NCBI RefSeq assembly: GCF_037042905.1
Contig: NC_087250.1
Span: forward strand, 5,086,001 to 5,150,000
Reading direction: 5' to 3'
Length of the DNA: 64,000 bases
Source of the DNA: Lytechinus pictus
Lineage: Eukaryota
Shown: positions 53,318-64,000 of the stretch, one piece after another
Position numbering within the stretch: the stretch's first letter is position 1
How the letters are laid out: every line of letters begins with the position of its first letter
Made by a program: the position numbers and the translations under genes
Notes under the pieces: model-generated
The model's input: the letters and a program-made list of their open reading frames with translations, nothing else
What the model was told of the DNA's origin: nothing
The model's database searches: none

Positions 53318-53590
53318 GATTTGATTTGATTTGATTTCAGCATTTTTCCAACATAAATTATTAACAAACATAATGTACAACATAAAAAAAATAGTGATAC
53401 ATTTCTTTTTACAAAAATAAATACAAATAATAATTCATTGGCAAAAATGTATATAGATAGTATTAGTTTGCAATATTATAAGTTGTACTTTGTTGAGTAG
53501 ACAAAAAAAAAATGCTGGAGACCGCTACCATAAGCAGTGCTTGACTAGGGTAGCGGCCTCAAACGTAATAGCGAAATTTAATACACACAA
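53318..53590 (-). mobile_element. LINE 3' UTR remnant
   Basis: (AAATC)n tail on the minus strand and stem-loop GAGACCGCTACC..GGTAGCGGCCTC. A similar tailed remnant lies at ~19920-20135 (+). Confidence 0.55.
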
Positions 53591-54283
53591 CACAGGCGTG
53601 CAGGTGGGGGGGGGGGGGGGGGCGAGGCTTGGGGGCATTGATACCCCCTCAAAAAAAATGTCCAGGAAAAAAAGGTGTAAAAGGGTAAAATATGATATAT
53701 TTCTGAATATTATGTCAAAATCTATGAGACATTTTTTGTATTGAAAACTCGCTAATTTAAAAAAATAGGGGTCAAGGGGTACGTACATCGGTCGCCCATA
53801 CCCCATGACTGTGCCACCTCGGAGGTTTTTGTGTTCTTTTTTTTTTTTTTTTTTTGGGGGGGGGGGGTCATTACACCGCTGATACATATCGTGTTCATTG
53901 AAAACCATTCTCAATCTGTAGGTACTTTGCAACGGGAAGTTATTTTTATGGGAAAAATGGAGGAGCGGGGGCGGCTAGATCTCGCTGTCTGGCCTAACAG
54001 AGATCAAGAAGCTCAGTATTTAATCTCATGTCCTTACAACTTGTACATGAGAACAGGGACACCTTTCATGGGGACCTGAGCTACCAGAAATCCTTGCTTT
54101 TGATTGGCTGTGCATGAGCGTCACTGATATAACTCTTAGTGAAATGCTCCCCAGGCGAAGGCATTGATATTTACCAGGGTCCCGTAACACAAAGCCTTTA
54201 ACGATTGATTGTTGAGTTTATTCCTACGATTGATCTTATACTCCTAAATACTCAAATTAATAATATTGCAGAAATTTGCCCTA

Positions 54284-54513
54284 CACAGTAAAAACGCTGT
54301 TTAGGATTTTATACAACGTTGTTTACAATATGAACCTTACAGTAGTTGTTTAACACTTTAAACAATCGTGTTTGATTTATTGAAGATTAGATATTGAAAA
54401 TTAAACTTTGTTGTTTAGATTTTAAACACTTGTTTAAACTGTTTAAACAATTACTGTAAGGTTCATACAGTAAACAGCGTTGTATAAAAATTTAAAACAG
54501 CGTTTTTACTGTG
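54284..54513. mobile_element. Palindromic CACAG MITE nested in a Harbinger-like MITE (~54178-54555)
   Basis: TA|CACAGTAAAAACGCTG ... CAGCGTTTTTACTGTG|TA; host ends GGTCCCGTAAC ... GTTACGGGCCCC. Confidence 0.88.
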
Positions 54514-55622
54514 TAAGATTGATCGCTTAGCTTCGTGTTACTGGTTACGGGCCCCGGTAGGCACACTGAGATTTAAAGGTAGAATTAAGTTCAACCTGAA
54601 GAAAAGCTTCTTGTAAAAAGAGCAGAAAAATAATTTAAAAAATATTGGTGCAGGCTTGAGGAAAATCCATTAAAGATTAAGAAAGTTAGTAGAATTTAAT
54701 GTTTTGGATTTGTGACATCATAGACGAACAGCTGCCTCATATGTTATATGATATAAAACGCATAAATTTCCATTTTTGAACGGTTCGTGACGACTTATTT
54801 TTGTGTACGTCTTACGCCATTGGCAACACCCCTTATGTAAAAAAATAGAAATATGACCCTCCCCCCCAAAAAAATACCTTGATTAGTTTATTTTTCAGCG
54901 AAACCCTTTTTTTTTGGGGGGGGAGGGGGTCGAACGATCTTTTTCTGACAAAAATCACCATCATTTTTTTCGAGTGAAAACGTTTTTTTTTTTTTTGGGG
55001 GGGGGGCTTGTCAATTTTTTCCAGTGCCCTGCCGACCAAGCGATACAGTTGGCAAGTACAGTATCAGCAATCAATGGGCATTTCCCATCCCTTACATACA
55101 AAGTGACGTTTAACTCGAAACTCGTCGGACGTTAGAAGACAACACTGTGTCAACGTTGGAAGAGAACGCTGCCAACGTTGGAGCAACGTTGTTGCCAGAT
55201 ATCGTCGGAGTCGGACCAACGTTGTAAACATCGTTGGACTGACGATTCTAATTTCAAGGATGCAGCGTTGCCTGCCACACAATTGACGCAACGTTAATTG
55301 TTAAAACGAATTCACAAGGTTACGTTAGTCCAACGTTGTACGCAAGCTTTATTGTTGATTGGAATGGTACGTTGCTGGGCAGGTCACATATCAAGGTCAA
55401 ATGTAGCTTGAGGTCAAATGCTAAAGTTCACCCACAAAGCTCTCTCGTGACGCAACCTTGCAACCATGACACAATATTCTACCTTGGTTGTAGAAGCACG
55501 CGTGAATGTGTTTCCGTCAAAGGTCACGTGATGAGGAAATGGATGTTACATTCAACCAGTAACGTAATAAGCCAAACATTTTGAGGGGGTCAAACATGTT
55601 GTGTGGGACAACACACGCCACA

Positions 55623-55948
55623 ACTGGGCGTTGTGGCGTGTGCCTGTATTCCAAGCTATGTGGGGAAGTTACAAATTGATCAGAGGTTCGAGGTTCGAGC
55701 CCTGGTCACGTCTATCGGGGGAGCGTTTCATGAAAGGACTTGTCGGACGTTTTATCCGACAAGTCCCATTTTATCCGACAGTTACCATAGGAACAGTGCC
55801 TTTCAGCCAATCAACATGCATGAAAGATGTCAGATCTGACAAATGTTGATGAAACACTCCCCAGATGGTGACGTTAAAAGTCGGTCCCAGACGTAAATAA
55901 TCATATCTGATTGATACACGTCTGACAAAACTCAAATACACACACACA
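55623..55948 (+). mobile_element. Candidate 7SL (SRP RNA)-derived SINE, interrupted by a MITE
   Basis: Head ACTGGGCGTTGTGGCGTGTGCCTGTATTCCAAGCTATGTGGGGAAGTT resembles the SRP RNA 5' Alu domain. B box GGTTCGAGCCC at 55692-55702; body GTCTATC(G/A)GATGGTGACGTTAAAAGTCGGTCCC; (CA)n end. Confidence 0.7.
55719..55861. mobile_element. Harbinger-like MITE inside the 7SL-headed element
   Basis: CGG|GGGAGCGTTTCAT ... ATGAAACACTCCC|CAG. Confidence 0.8.
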
Positions 55949-56621
55949 TTTTTTTAAAGTCGCAAGCGAGCGAAGTGTGTGAGCAAAAATGTTGACCTTG
56001 TTAATACAAAGAGCTAATTTCATGGTAGATTGTATCAATCTATGTCATATTTCACCCTTGTCAGTCCATAATTCATTTCTTCTTTTTCTCTTTTTTTTTG
56101 GTGGGGGACCCCCCCCCCCCCCCCCCTCCCCCCATCTATACGTTTGAGCGTTCAATGGCAGTGACACGATATATGCTCATGCTACATTTTGATCTGCGGC
56201 CTTAATATCTCAGAGGGTCGGAGTTGGTATTGTAACAGAGTTTTTGGTTCAGAATAATGTATATAGGTTATAATTCGGGTTTCTTTAGTTATGGAGGTTA
56301 GGTTACAGGGGCCGCGGAACGAACGGTTTTCAAAGTGGGCGGGGGAGGGGGGCTGACCATGCAAAAATCACAATCCTATGGTCATCTTTACGTTTTTTTT
56401 GTACACGGTTTTGGAAAAAAGTGGAGGGGGGGGGGGGGCTGAAGCCCCCCTCCCCGCTTCCGCGGCCCCTGGGTTATAAGGTGTGTTTGGCTTATAACGT
56501 GTAGACTTTCCATTGGAGTAATCATCGCCGGAGCAAATGTCGTGGAACCTCAATGGCAGGTATCAATCAAAGGATTCATCGTTGGGTGATAAAGATAACT
56601 GATAAGTTATTCATGTTCAGT

Positions 56622-56935
56622 GGAGCGCCGTGGCCCAGTGGATTAGTCTCCGAACTTGGAAACAGAGGGTCGTGGGTTCGAATCCCAGCCATGGCGTAGT
56701 TTCCTTCAGCAAGGAATTCATCCACAGCGTGCTGCACTCGACCCAGGTGAGGTATATGGGTACCGGCAGGAAGTTATTCCTCAAAAAGCTGTTTGCACAT
56801 GAATCGGTAGCCTATATAGCATAGCCGGGGTAATAATAATAGCAGGGTACGCTGGGAGAACAGTTTTCGGAACTGAAGTGGCTACCCTGGGTAAATATAC
56901 CGTTATCATTATTGTTGTTGTTATTATTATTATTG
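56622..56935 (+). mobile_element. tRNA-derived SINE, inserted in a palindromic MITE (~56563-57077)
   Basis: GGAGCGCCGTGGCCCAGTGGATTAG..GGGTTCGAATCCC head and (ATT)n tail; near-colinear with 60565-60858. Confidence 0.88.
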
Positions 56936-57115
56936 TTTCTCCAACTTATACCACAAGGCTAACACATCAACTGTTGTTGCTGTGTTACCCTTGCCGTGTT
57001 AGCCTTGTGGTATTGTTGGAAAGACATGAATAACTTATCTTTTATCTTTATCACTCAAGATGATTCCTTCGATTTGATATTTAATATAATGGGATAGCTT
57101 GACCCAGATAATTTA

Positions 57116-57192
57116 GGGCACTTGGTGGTCTAGTGGTTATGACGCTGATCTAGTGATCCAAAGGTCGTGCCGGGTTCGAATCCCACGTACCC
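57116..57192 (+). pseudogene. tRNA-like sequence (tRNA pseudogene or isolated SINE head)
   Basis: A box TGGTCTAGTGG and B box GGTTCGAATCC; imperfect acceptor pairing GGGCAC/GTACCC; no clean anticodon arm. Confidence 0.5.
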
Positions 57193-57863
57193 GGTCTGCT
57201 TATATGATTTTTTTTTCATAGGCAAGCATCACTCAGCAGTTGTTGTGTTACCCGTGTGGTATTGTTGAAGCAACATGAATAACTTATCATTAATTTCAAT
57301 GAAAATGTATTTCTATACGAGCCCGGTCCATGAACAGTGTGGCTACACAACGATCGCTCGATTTCTAATCATGTTCGCAATTAGGCGAGACACAATTATC
57401 GATTACCCTTTGATCATTATAAGGTCAAGTTCTGTTGGGCATGGGATATCAACATGATAAATGTCTCGCGTTGCCATGGTTTCATTAACTCATGTCAGAC
57501 AGGAAGGGATATAGATTTAAATTGAACAAAAGTACACCAACCTCCTTAATGGGAGGCTTAATTGGGACTGGTGACGGGGGGGGGGGGTGTCCTACTGAGA
57601 TGGGAAGTGGGGTGGCAGATTATTATTTCATTGTCATTTCAATAAACGTATGTGCAGATATAGGAGTAGGCAGGTATGGCCGTAGGGGTTGACTGCACAC
57701 TGTCATATCAAGGAAGATGGAAAGATTGACAGATAAAAAGAAAAAAGAAAACAACGAAAGAAATTAATAAACAAAAATTACATTAAAAAACTAAACTTAA
57801 AGAAAGAAAGAAGAAAGAAAGATAGATATATGAATTAAAAAAGAAAGTAAGAAAGACGGAAAG

Positions 57864-57896
<33 letters not shown>

Positions 57897-60564
57897 AAGA
57901 AAGAGAAAAAAATGCACCCCCATAAAAAAAACCCAGAAATTGAAGAAAGAGAACAAAAAAGGGGAAGAAATGAAGGAAGACATAAAAAATAAAGGCAATG
58001 TGCTTGATCATGCAACTGTTTTGCTCCTTAAAAAAAAAAAAAAAAAAAAAGTCCCGCTTGTAGGCAATGTTGACCCTGCCTCTAATTCGACCTCAACATT
58101 TCTGCCAATTTAGCCTTCGACTGATCTACACTAAACTAATCGTTCATAATTATTATGAAAATAAATGTCGATTCCACTACCCGACTTTGCAGTCAACATT
58201 TGGGGCTTATGAATGCTATAGGAAAAACGCTGTTTAAAATCATATCCAAGGCTATAATCGTAGGATTCATACACAGTAAAATCAATATCTTGTTTACTAA
58301 GCGAACCTTGCATGCCAAATTTATTGAGAGTTGTTTAAGGTTTTAAACATTTGTTTTAACTATTTAAACAACTATTTTATTTCCATATAGTTAATAGCGT
58401 ATGTATAAAAATGTAAACAGCATTTATTTAAATTTGAATTTAAATTAAAAATTTTATATTTTCTTCCGGTGCAAATCTTCGGATGAATTGCTGTCCCAGT
58501 CCACCAACTTTTAACTTATTTATGAAACAAATTTCAGAGCAAATAAGTTCAGAAAGAAATAGTTTCGTTTCAGAAACCTTTTCGAACAAGCTGGCAATCT
58601 GTCACATTAACAAACATAATTAATACCAGTGTTTATTTCTTAGATATAATGTATCAGTTCTCTTATTTTTCTTGCCAAATTTGATTTGGCTGTGACAACT
58701 TGATTGTATAATAAGTCAGTTTGACTACATGTCTATGTATTATGAATTATGTATATACCATGTTTATTTACTGTTTGTCTGAAAAAATGGTAAATGTTTA
58801 TATAGTGTAACTATGCTTTTTGAAAATAAAGAACCCTGTGGAAGGGAAAATAATTTAAAAAAAAAGCAAAAAAACTTTCAATTAAACAAAAGCCTCTCAG
58901 TTCTTTATTGTGATTTTAATTGCATTTTCCAAGGAATCGATGCGTCGCAGAGAGTCCGCCCCCCAGGTTTCCCCGTACTATAGGCATAAATGCAAAAACT
59001 ACCTAGTATTTTGTTCAGATATTAAGTTTCATTGTAATTCAGTTCAGCTATGGTTGAATTATAGATGCTCACACGTGCATGTTTTCATCAATTTTCATTT
59101 GACGTTCGACCTATTTCTCTTGTCATTCCTTACCCGTTATGTCTTCATTCAATCAATTATTTCATCTACATCTGGGGCCCGTTTCACAAAGCCTGTTTTA
59201 CTAACAACTATATGCAATAAAATGTTTAAAGCTACTGAAATCATACAGTTTGATTGGCTCAGAGCAAGCAAACTTGTTGCAGGCATTGTGTATTTGGTAT
59301 TATGAAACACCATCCAGATTCTTGTAGACGGGGGAGCGGTGCCAGTATTATTATTATTATTATTATTTTTTTTTTTTTGGGGGGGGGATCTCGCGGTGGT
59401 GTCATATTCTTTTCTCAGTCATTTTAATTATAGGGGCATTTAAGCATGTTAAATAATACATTTTACAAATACCTTTTAAAATACTATTTCACAGGTTTCA
59501 TACTATAATTTTATCCTTCTTCCTTTTCGGAATTAAACCCTCCCCGAAATGTTCGCGTTTTGGGGGGAGAGCTAAATGAGTGTTATTATGTCCATATTTA
59601 ATACTTTTTTTGTCTCAAAAACATTAGCAAGGTGACTGTTTTTTTCAAGGTCACCAACACTGTTTTGTACACGGCAATAGCGATGATGAATAACTATGTC
59701 AAAGGTCAAATGTTAATGCAGATGAAGTATATCAACAGTGCCGGGTGAAGAGGAGACAGAATCGAAACACGGAGTAGGTGTGTGTGTGCAGTGGCGTAAT
59801 GAGTAAAAAAAAATTGAGGGGGTCAGATATGGCGTATCGGGGGAAAATATAAAAAGTTGCGAGTGAGCAAAATAATGTTTCTATTTTATGGTAGATTTTG
59901 ACATAATAATAGGCCTGTTCAGAAAGTAACATATTTCACGCCTTTTTTTGCTTGGGGGGAGGGGGGGGGGGGGCGCCCCAGTGTGGTTGTGTGCCGTATG
60001 TGTGTGAAAGACAGATAGAGAGGAGGGTCGGGGTGATAGAGGAGGAGGGGGGGGGGGTGACGCTAGAGCCTAAAAAGTGGGACACAGAACAGAATCAAAT
60101 AAAATGCCTATAGATAAAGGAGGGGGGGGGGCAGAATATATATATAGAGAGAGAAGGGTGCGGGCGGGGGAATAGATATCTAGGAGGGATCGAGGGATTG
60201 ACCTTTTGACACAATGCAAATGTTTTCCATTCTAAACGGTCCTCAATATGACCTAGAAAAAAATATTGGCGTGTGTATAAACGTATCATTTTGCCCATCT
60301 AGAATTTACAATACATTTTTGAAACCGGGAAAAACCGCATGGAGTTCGAAACGGGGGAGAAAAAAAAAAGTAACATAATTTCAATAAAGAAGGGCGTCGC
60401 TGGCCAGAGAGGGGAGGGATGGGGAGGGCTGGAGTAGAGCTATAATGATAATAATAACGGTTATTTATATGCGCTATACACAAAAAGTATCACAGCGCTT
60501 ACAATTGTCGGAAGTAAAATATTAATATAAATCTGAAGTAACAAAAACAGTATAGAGTCAACGT

Positions 60565-60858
60565 GGAGCGTCCGGGCCCAGTGGATTAGTCTCCGGACTT
60601 TGAAACAGAGGGTCGTGTGTTCAATTCCCAGCCATGGCTTAATTTCCTTCGGCAAAAAATTGATCCACGTTGTGCAGAACTTGACCCAGGAGAGGTGAAT
60701 GGGTACCCGGTAGGAAGAAATTCCTCGAATGCTCGAGCGCCTGATCAAGGTAGCCGTGCTAATTAAAGCCGGGGTAATAATAATAGCAGGGCCCGCTGGG
60801 AGAACAGTTTTCGGAACTGAAGTGGCTACCCTGGGTAAAAGTTTTCATTATTATTATA
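60565..60858 (+). mobile_element. tRNA-derived SINE
   Basis: Same head, body and tail as 56622-56935. Confidence 0.88.
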
Positions 60859-62267
60859 ACGCTAAAGTCGCAATTCATGTACTCCTGTAAAAGTAACTGG
60901 GGCTCTTGAGGGTCTTAATTTAGTTCATAATTGGATTTTGTTGAAATAAAACTAACAAAATATACAATCGAAAGAAGTCCACATATTGAAATATGTGACC
61001 TTTTACAAATAGAATCATAACAAATACATGAAGTAAATTTAAGTGAATATTCGAATAAAACACAGATTCATATAAATGAAAAAAAAAAATGCAAATTTCT
61101 TTATTGCACATTCTGTTTGAACATGATACATGTCCTTTTTCGCAATGAAGTGAACTTCTTTGAAATGATGATGGGATCTCCACCGCCCCCCCCCCCCCCC
61201 CGACCGCGCCCGTCCCCCGCCCCGACCACGACCCCGCCCCTTTCCATTTTCTTCGATCGTGTATGTTAATTGTCAATAGATGGCGCCAAATCTTTTAAAA
61301 GCATTTTGTGACTAGAACGAATTCTACTAGGGGCCTACTAGAAAGTGGCACAGAGATTGCACTTCAAATTATTAGTCTTTTAAAGTCGTTGAAAGTCACA
61401 TCATGGCCCTGACTCGAGGTAATTATATTATTAGCTTATGACATCCATATAATTAATTTCATAATTCGAATTTTAATGCAGTCTTGTCTCATTTCTTATT
61501 TTCTGCGCCCAGCTCTGTGCGGTCTCTTCCCCTGATCGCCGGCACCGCATCTTGCTTGTGAGTTTGCGGGGAAACCCTGGGTCAGTGTTTGTAGTTGTAC
61601 GCACCCGGGTGATGTGCACGTTGACGCCGCGGCGCTTGCGAATTCGCGAATTGATCTGAAAATAAATTGTTAGTTTCTTGACTTAAGTCATAATGAATAA
61701 GATTGATTGCATGCTTCGGGATTGTATTATAACTGGCATAATTAATATTGTTTGGATTGTATTTGACATATTAAGTGTAGACTCCTACCTTGTTTTAGCC
61801 TAGGCTCTAATTCTAAACTGAATGAATCATTAAAATGACATTGTCATTGTGAATGTCACCTTGTCTCGACTGTGAAAATTGTGTTCTGCTTTTCAAGGAA
61901 AATTCAATATTTTAGACTAAATTTTAGTTAGAAAAAATGAATCTCATAAATTTAATACTCTAAAATTCTAAATCAACATTTTGTGTAACAACCATTTGGT
62001 CCAATCATCACTTTGTCTAGACCAGTTCATCTAACGTCCATGCGCAGTGAGTTTTTTTACTGTTGCGCCACTCACCTGTCACTGCCTGACTACAATGGTT
62101 CTAGAAATCTTTTGCAATGTTGAAAAGTGTCTTGTGGCATCTGATATTAATCCTCAGTAATTCCCTGAAATGCTGCAACGTTTGGTTAAAAGATCCAGCA
62201 AAAGACAAAGGAGTTAAGCGCAGTCAAAGTCAGACTTGCAAACTTGGTCTGTACGGTGCGAATTTAA

Positions 62268-63207
62268 GGACGTTCCACATGCACAGTTAAAGTGAAAACC
62301 ATGTCATTTTCACCAAACTTTGCACATAGATACTTTAGAACCTTAATATTCGAAATATGCAAAAATTAACATAGGTCCATGTGCTTGATTTTTTGCTATA
62401 GAACTTCAAAGTTCACCCAAATTGATGTTCTTAAGAATTGCGCATTCAAAAGAATTTTGCATTTTTAGACCGCCCAAGATTACTACAATGAGTTTTAACC
62501 TGTATTACTCAGTCAAAATACATGAAAAAGTCATAAAATTTCGCAAGAGAGTTAATAATTGTATCGTTAGAATGGAGAATATATTTAAAGTGCTATTTGT
62601 TTGCAATTTTAAGTTTAACAGCACTGTCAGTTCTTAAAAATGGCGTAAAAGATAACAAAATCCCAATCTAAAAAATGTGAAATTTCAGTAACAAACTACA
62701 AAAGTACAATAAATGCTGCACTTTATTCAAAATCCATGTCATTTTCACCAAAATTTGTAGAGTTGTAGAGGAAGGTATACCTAAGAGGAACAAACATTAA
62801 AAAATAGGGGTTCATGTGCTTGTTTTTAAACTATCAGTACTTTTATTAGAGCAAATGTGCTTTTTAAAACACCAAAAATGCGCCGAATGCTTTGTATCTA
62901 TGTGAAGAAAAAATCAAAACCACTCTACCATTTATTCAATCTCGGGGTAATATTCGTGATTCTTGGCAGCACTGCAGAGTAAAGTATTTTGAAATTGTAG
63001 AGAATCTTTTTTTGAATGGTCCATGGAATAATTCAATTTTTTAGCTTCATGAAATAACGCATCGGATCTGCAGTTAAAGTGCAGAAGATGAGAAAAATCA
63101 GCACATACCCGCAGCTAATTAATCACCTGTTCATCCATTGTGACGTCAGCGCGCAGTGTAAACTATGCGCAGATCATAATGCGCACAAACATAACTGTGG
63201 AACGTCC
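62268..63207. mobile_element. Kolobok-type non-autonomous element
   Basis: TTAA|GGACGTTCCACA ... TGTGGAACGTCC|TTAA, perfect 12-bp TIR. Confidence 0.87.
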
Positions 63208-64000
63208 TTAAGCTGCCATTTTTCTCGGGCAACGATTTGAGACGCCCACACTAAGCAATCGATGTTTCCAAAACTGCCCGCTCAAGTTACCAATATTTGG
63301 TATCAAAATATAGATTATAAAAAAATGCTCACGATCATTTCATTTTGAAGGTGGGGGTGACAATTGTTATCAAAATAAGAGGGGTTGGCGACTCAACGTA
63401 TATCTTAACCCACGGAGAGGTTTCAACAATGCAGCTGAGTCAATGCACTTTTGTGTACGATCGGTGCGTGTGTGTGCGCATGCGCGATATGTCTGTGTAG
63501 TAAATGTATTGGATTTTTCGAATCGGCGACTCAAAATATACCCATCATTGGGCCGTATGCATAAAGACAAGCAATTGCTTATAAGCAAATGCTTTAAGCA
63601 AAAGCAAGAGCTGGTCAAGCAAAAGGGCAAGTTCAAGCAATTGCTTAAATTCGTATGCACAAGCTTTTGCTTGTGCTGAAACCTTTTGCTTGCACTGCCT
63701 AAGCAATTGCTTATGTGTTGGACAAAGGATCGTTACGGTTGTGCGAACATCGCACAGTAGGACAACAACGCTTCGTGCCCGAACTGGCAGCAGTATTTTT
63801 TTATTACGCAAATAGGGGGAAAACAGCGCAGAGCATCAGGGGGGTTTCTGTGTAGATCGATGGACAAAAATTGCCGTAAAAAGTCTAAAATAACAGGAAA
63901 TTGATTAGATATGAAATCACAACATAACCTCTGGAATATGGAGCTTGAAACGGTATGAAAATTTAATCCTTAAACGAGAATGCCCTGAGTAAGCAAGAGC

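Noticed and set aside
55623..55948. Functional 7SL/SRP RNA gene
   Set aside because: Only the 5' Alu domain is recognisable; there is no S domain or 3' Alu strand, and a MITE interrupts it.
56622..56695. Functional tRNA genes at SINE heads (also 16576, 18150-18225, 60565)
   Set aside because: The A and B boxes run directly into shared SINE bodies and (ATT)n tails, and the cloverleafs are imperfect.

Overview
AT-rich, repeat-dense eukaryotic (metazoan) DNA. The repeat repertoire (tRNA-headed SINEs, TTAA-flanked Kolobok-type MITEs, hAT MITEs with GCGAGCGAAGCGAGC motifs) suggests an echinoderm, probably a sea urchin; this is inference. Only one protein-coding gene is well supported: an alpha-1,3-fucosyltransferase (GT10 family) on the + strand with two coding exons, join(25002..26170,28262..28772), 559 aa. 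The rest is nested non-autonomous DNA transposons with readable TIRs/TSDs, SINEs, LINE 3' remnants, satellites and microsatellites. The most notable observation is a short element at 55623-55948 with a structurally intact 7SL (SRP) RNA Alu-domain head, a B-box and a Deu-like body, i.e. a candidate 7SL-derived SINE in an invertebrate. Also notable are a 2.85 kb foldback element with ~1.2 kb arms inserted in a ~190-200 bp satellite, a 6.8 kb CCCAG-terminated element carrying nested MITEs, and a 112 bp templated insertion copied from 3 kb away. All family assignments were made by eye from terminal signatures; no searches were run.
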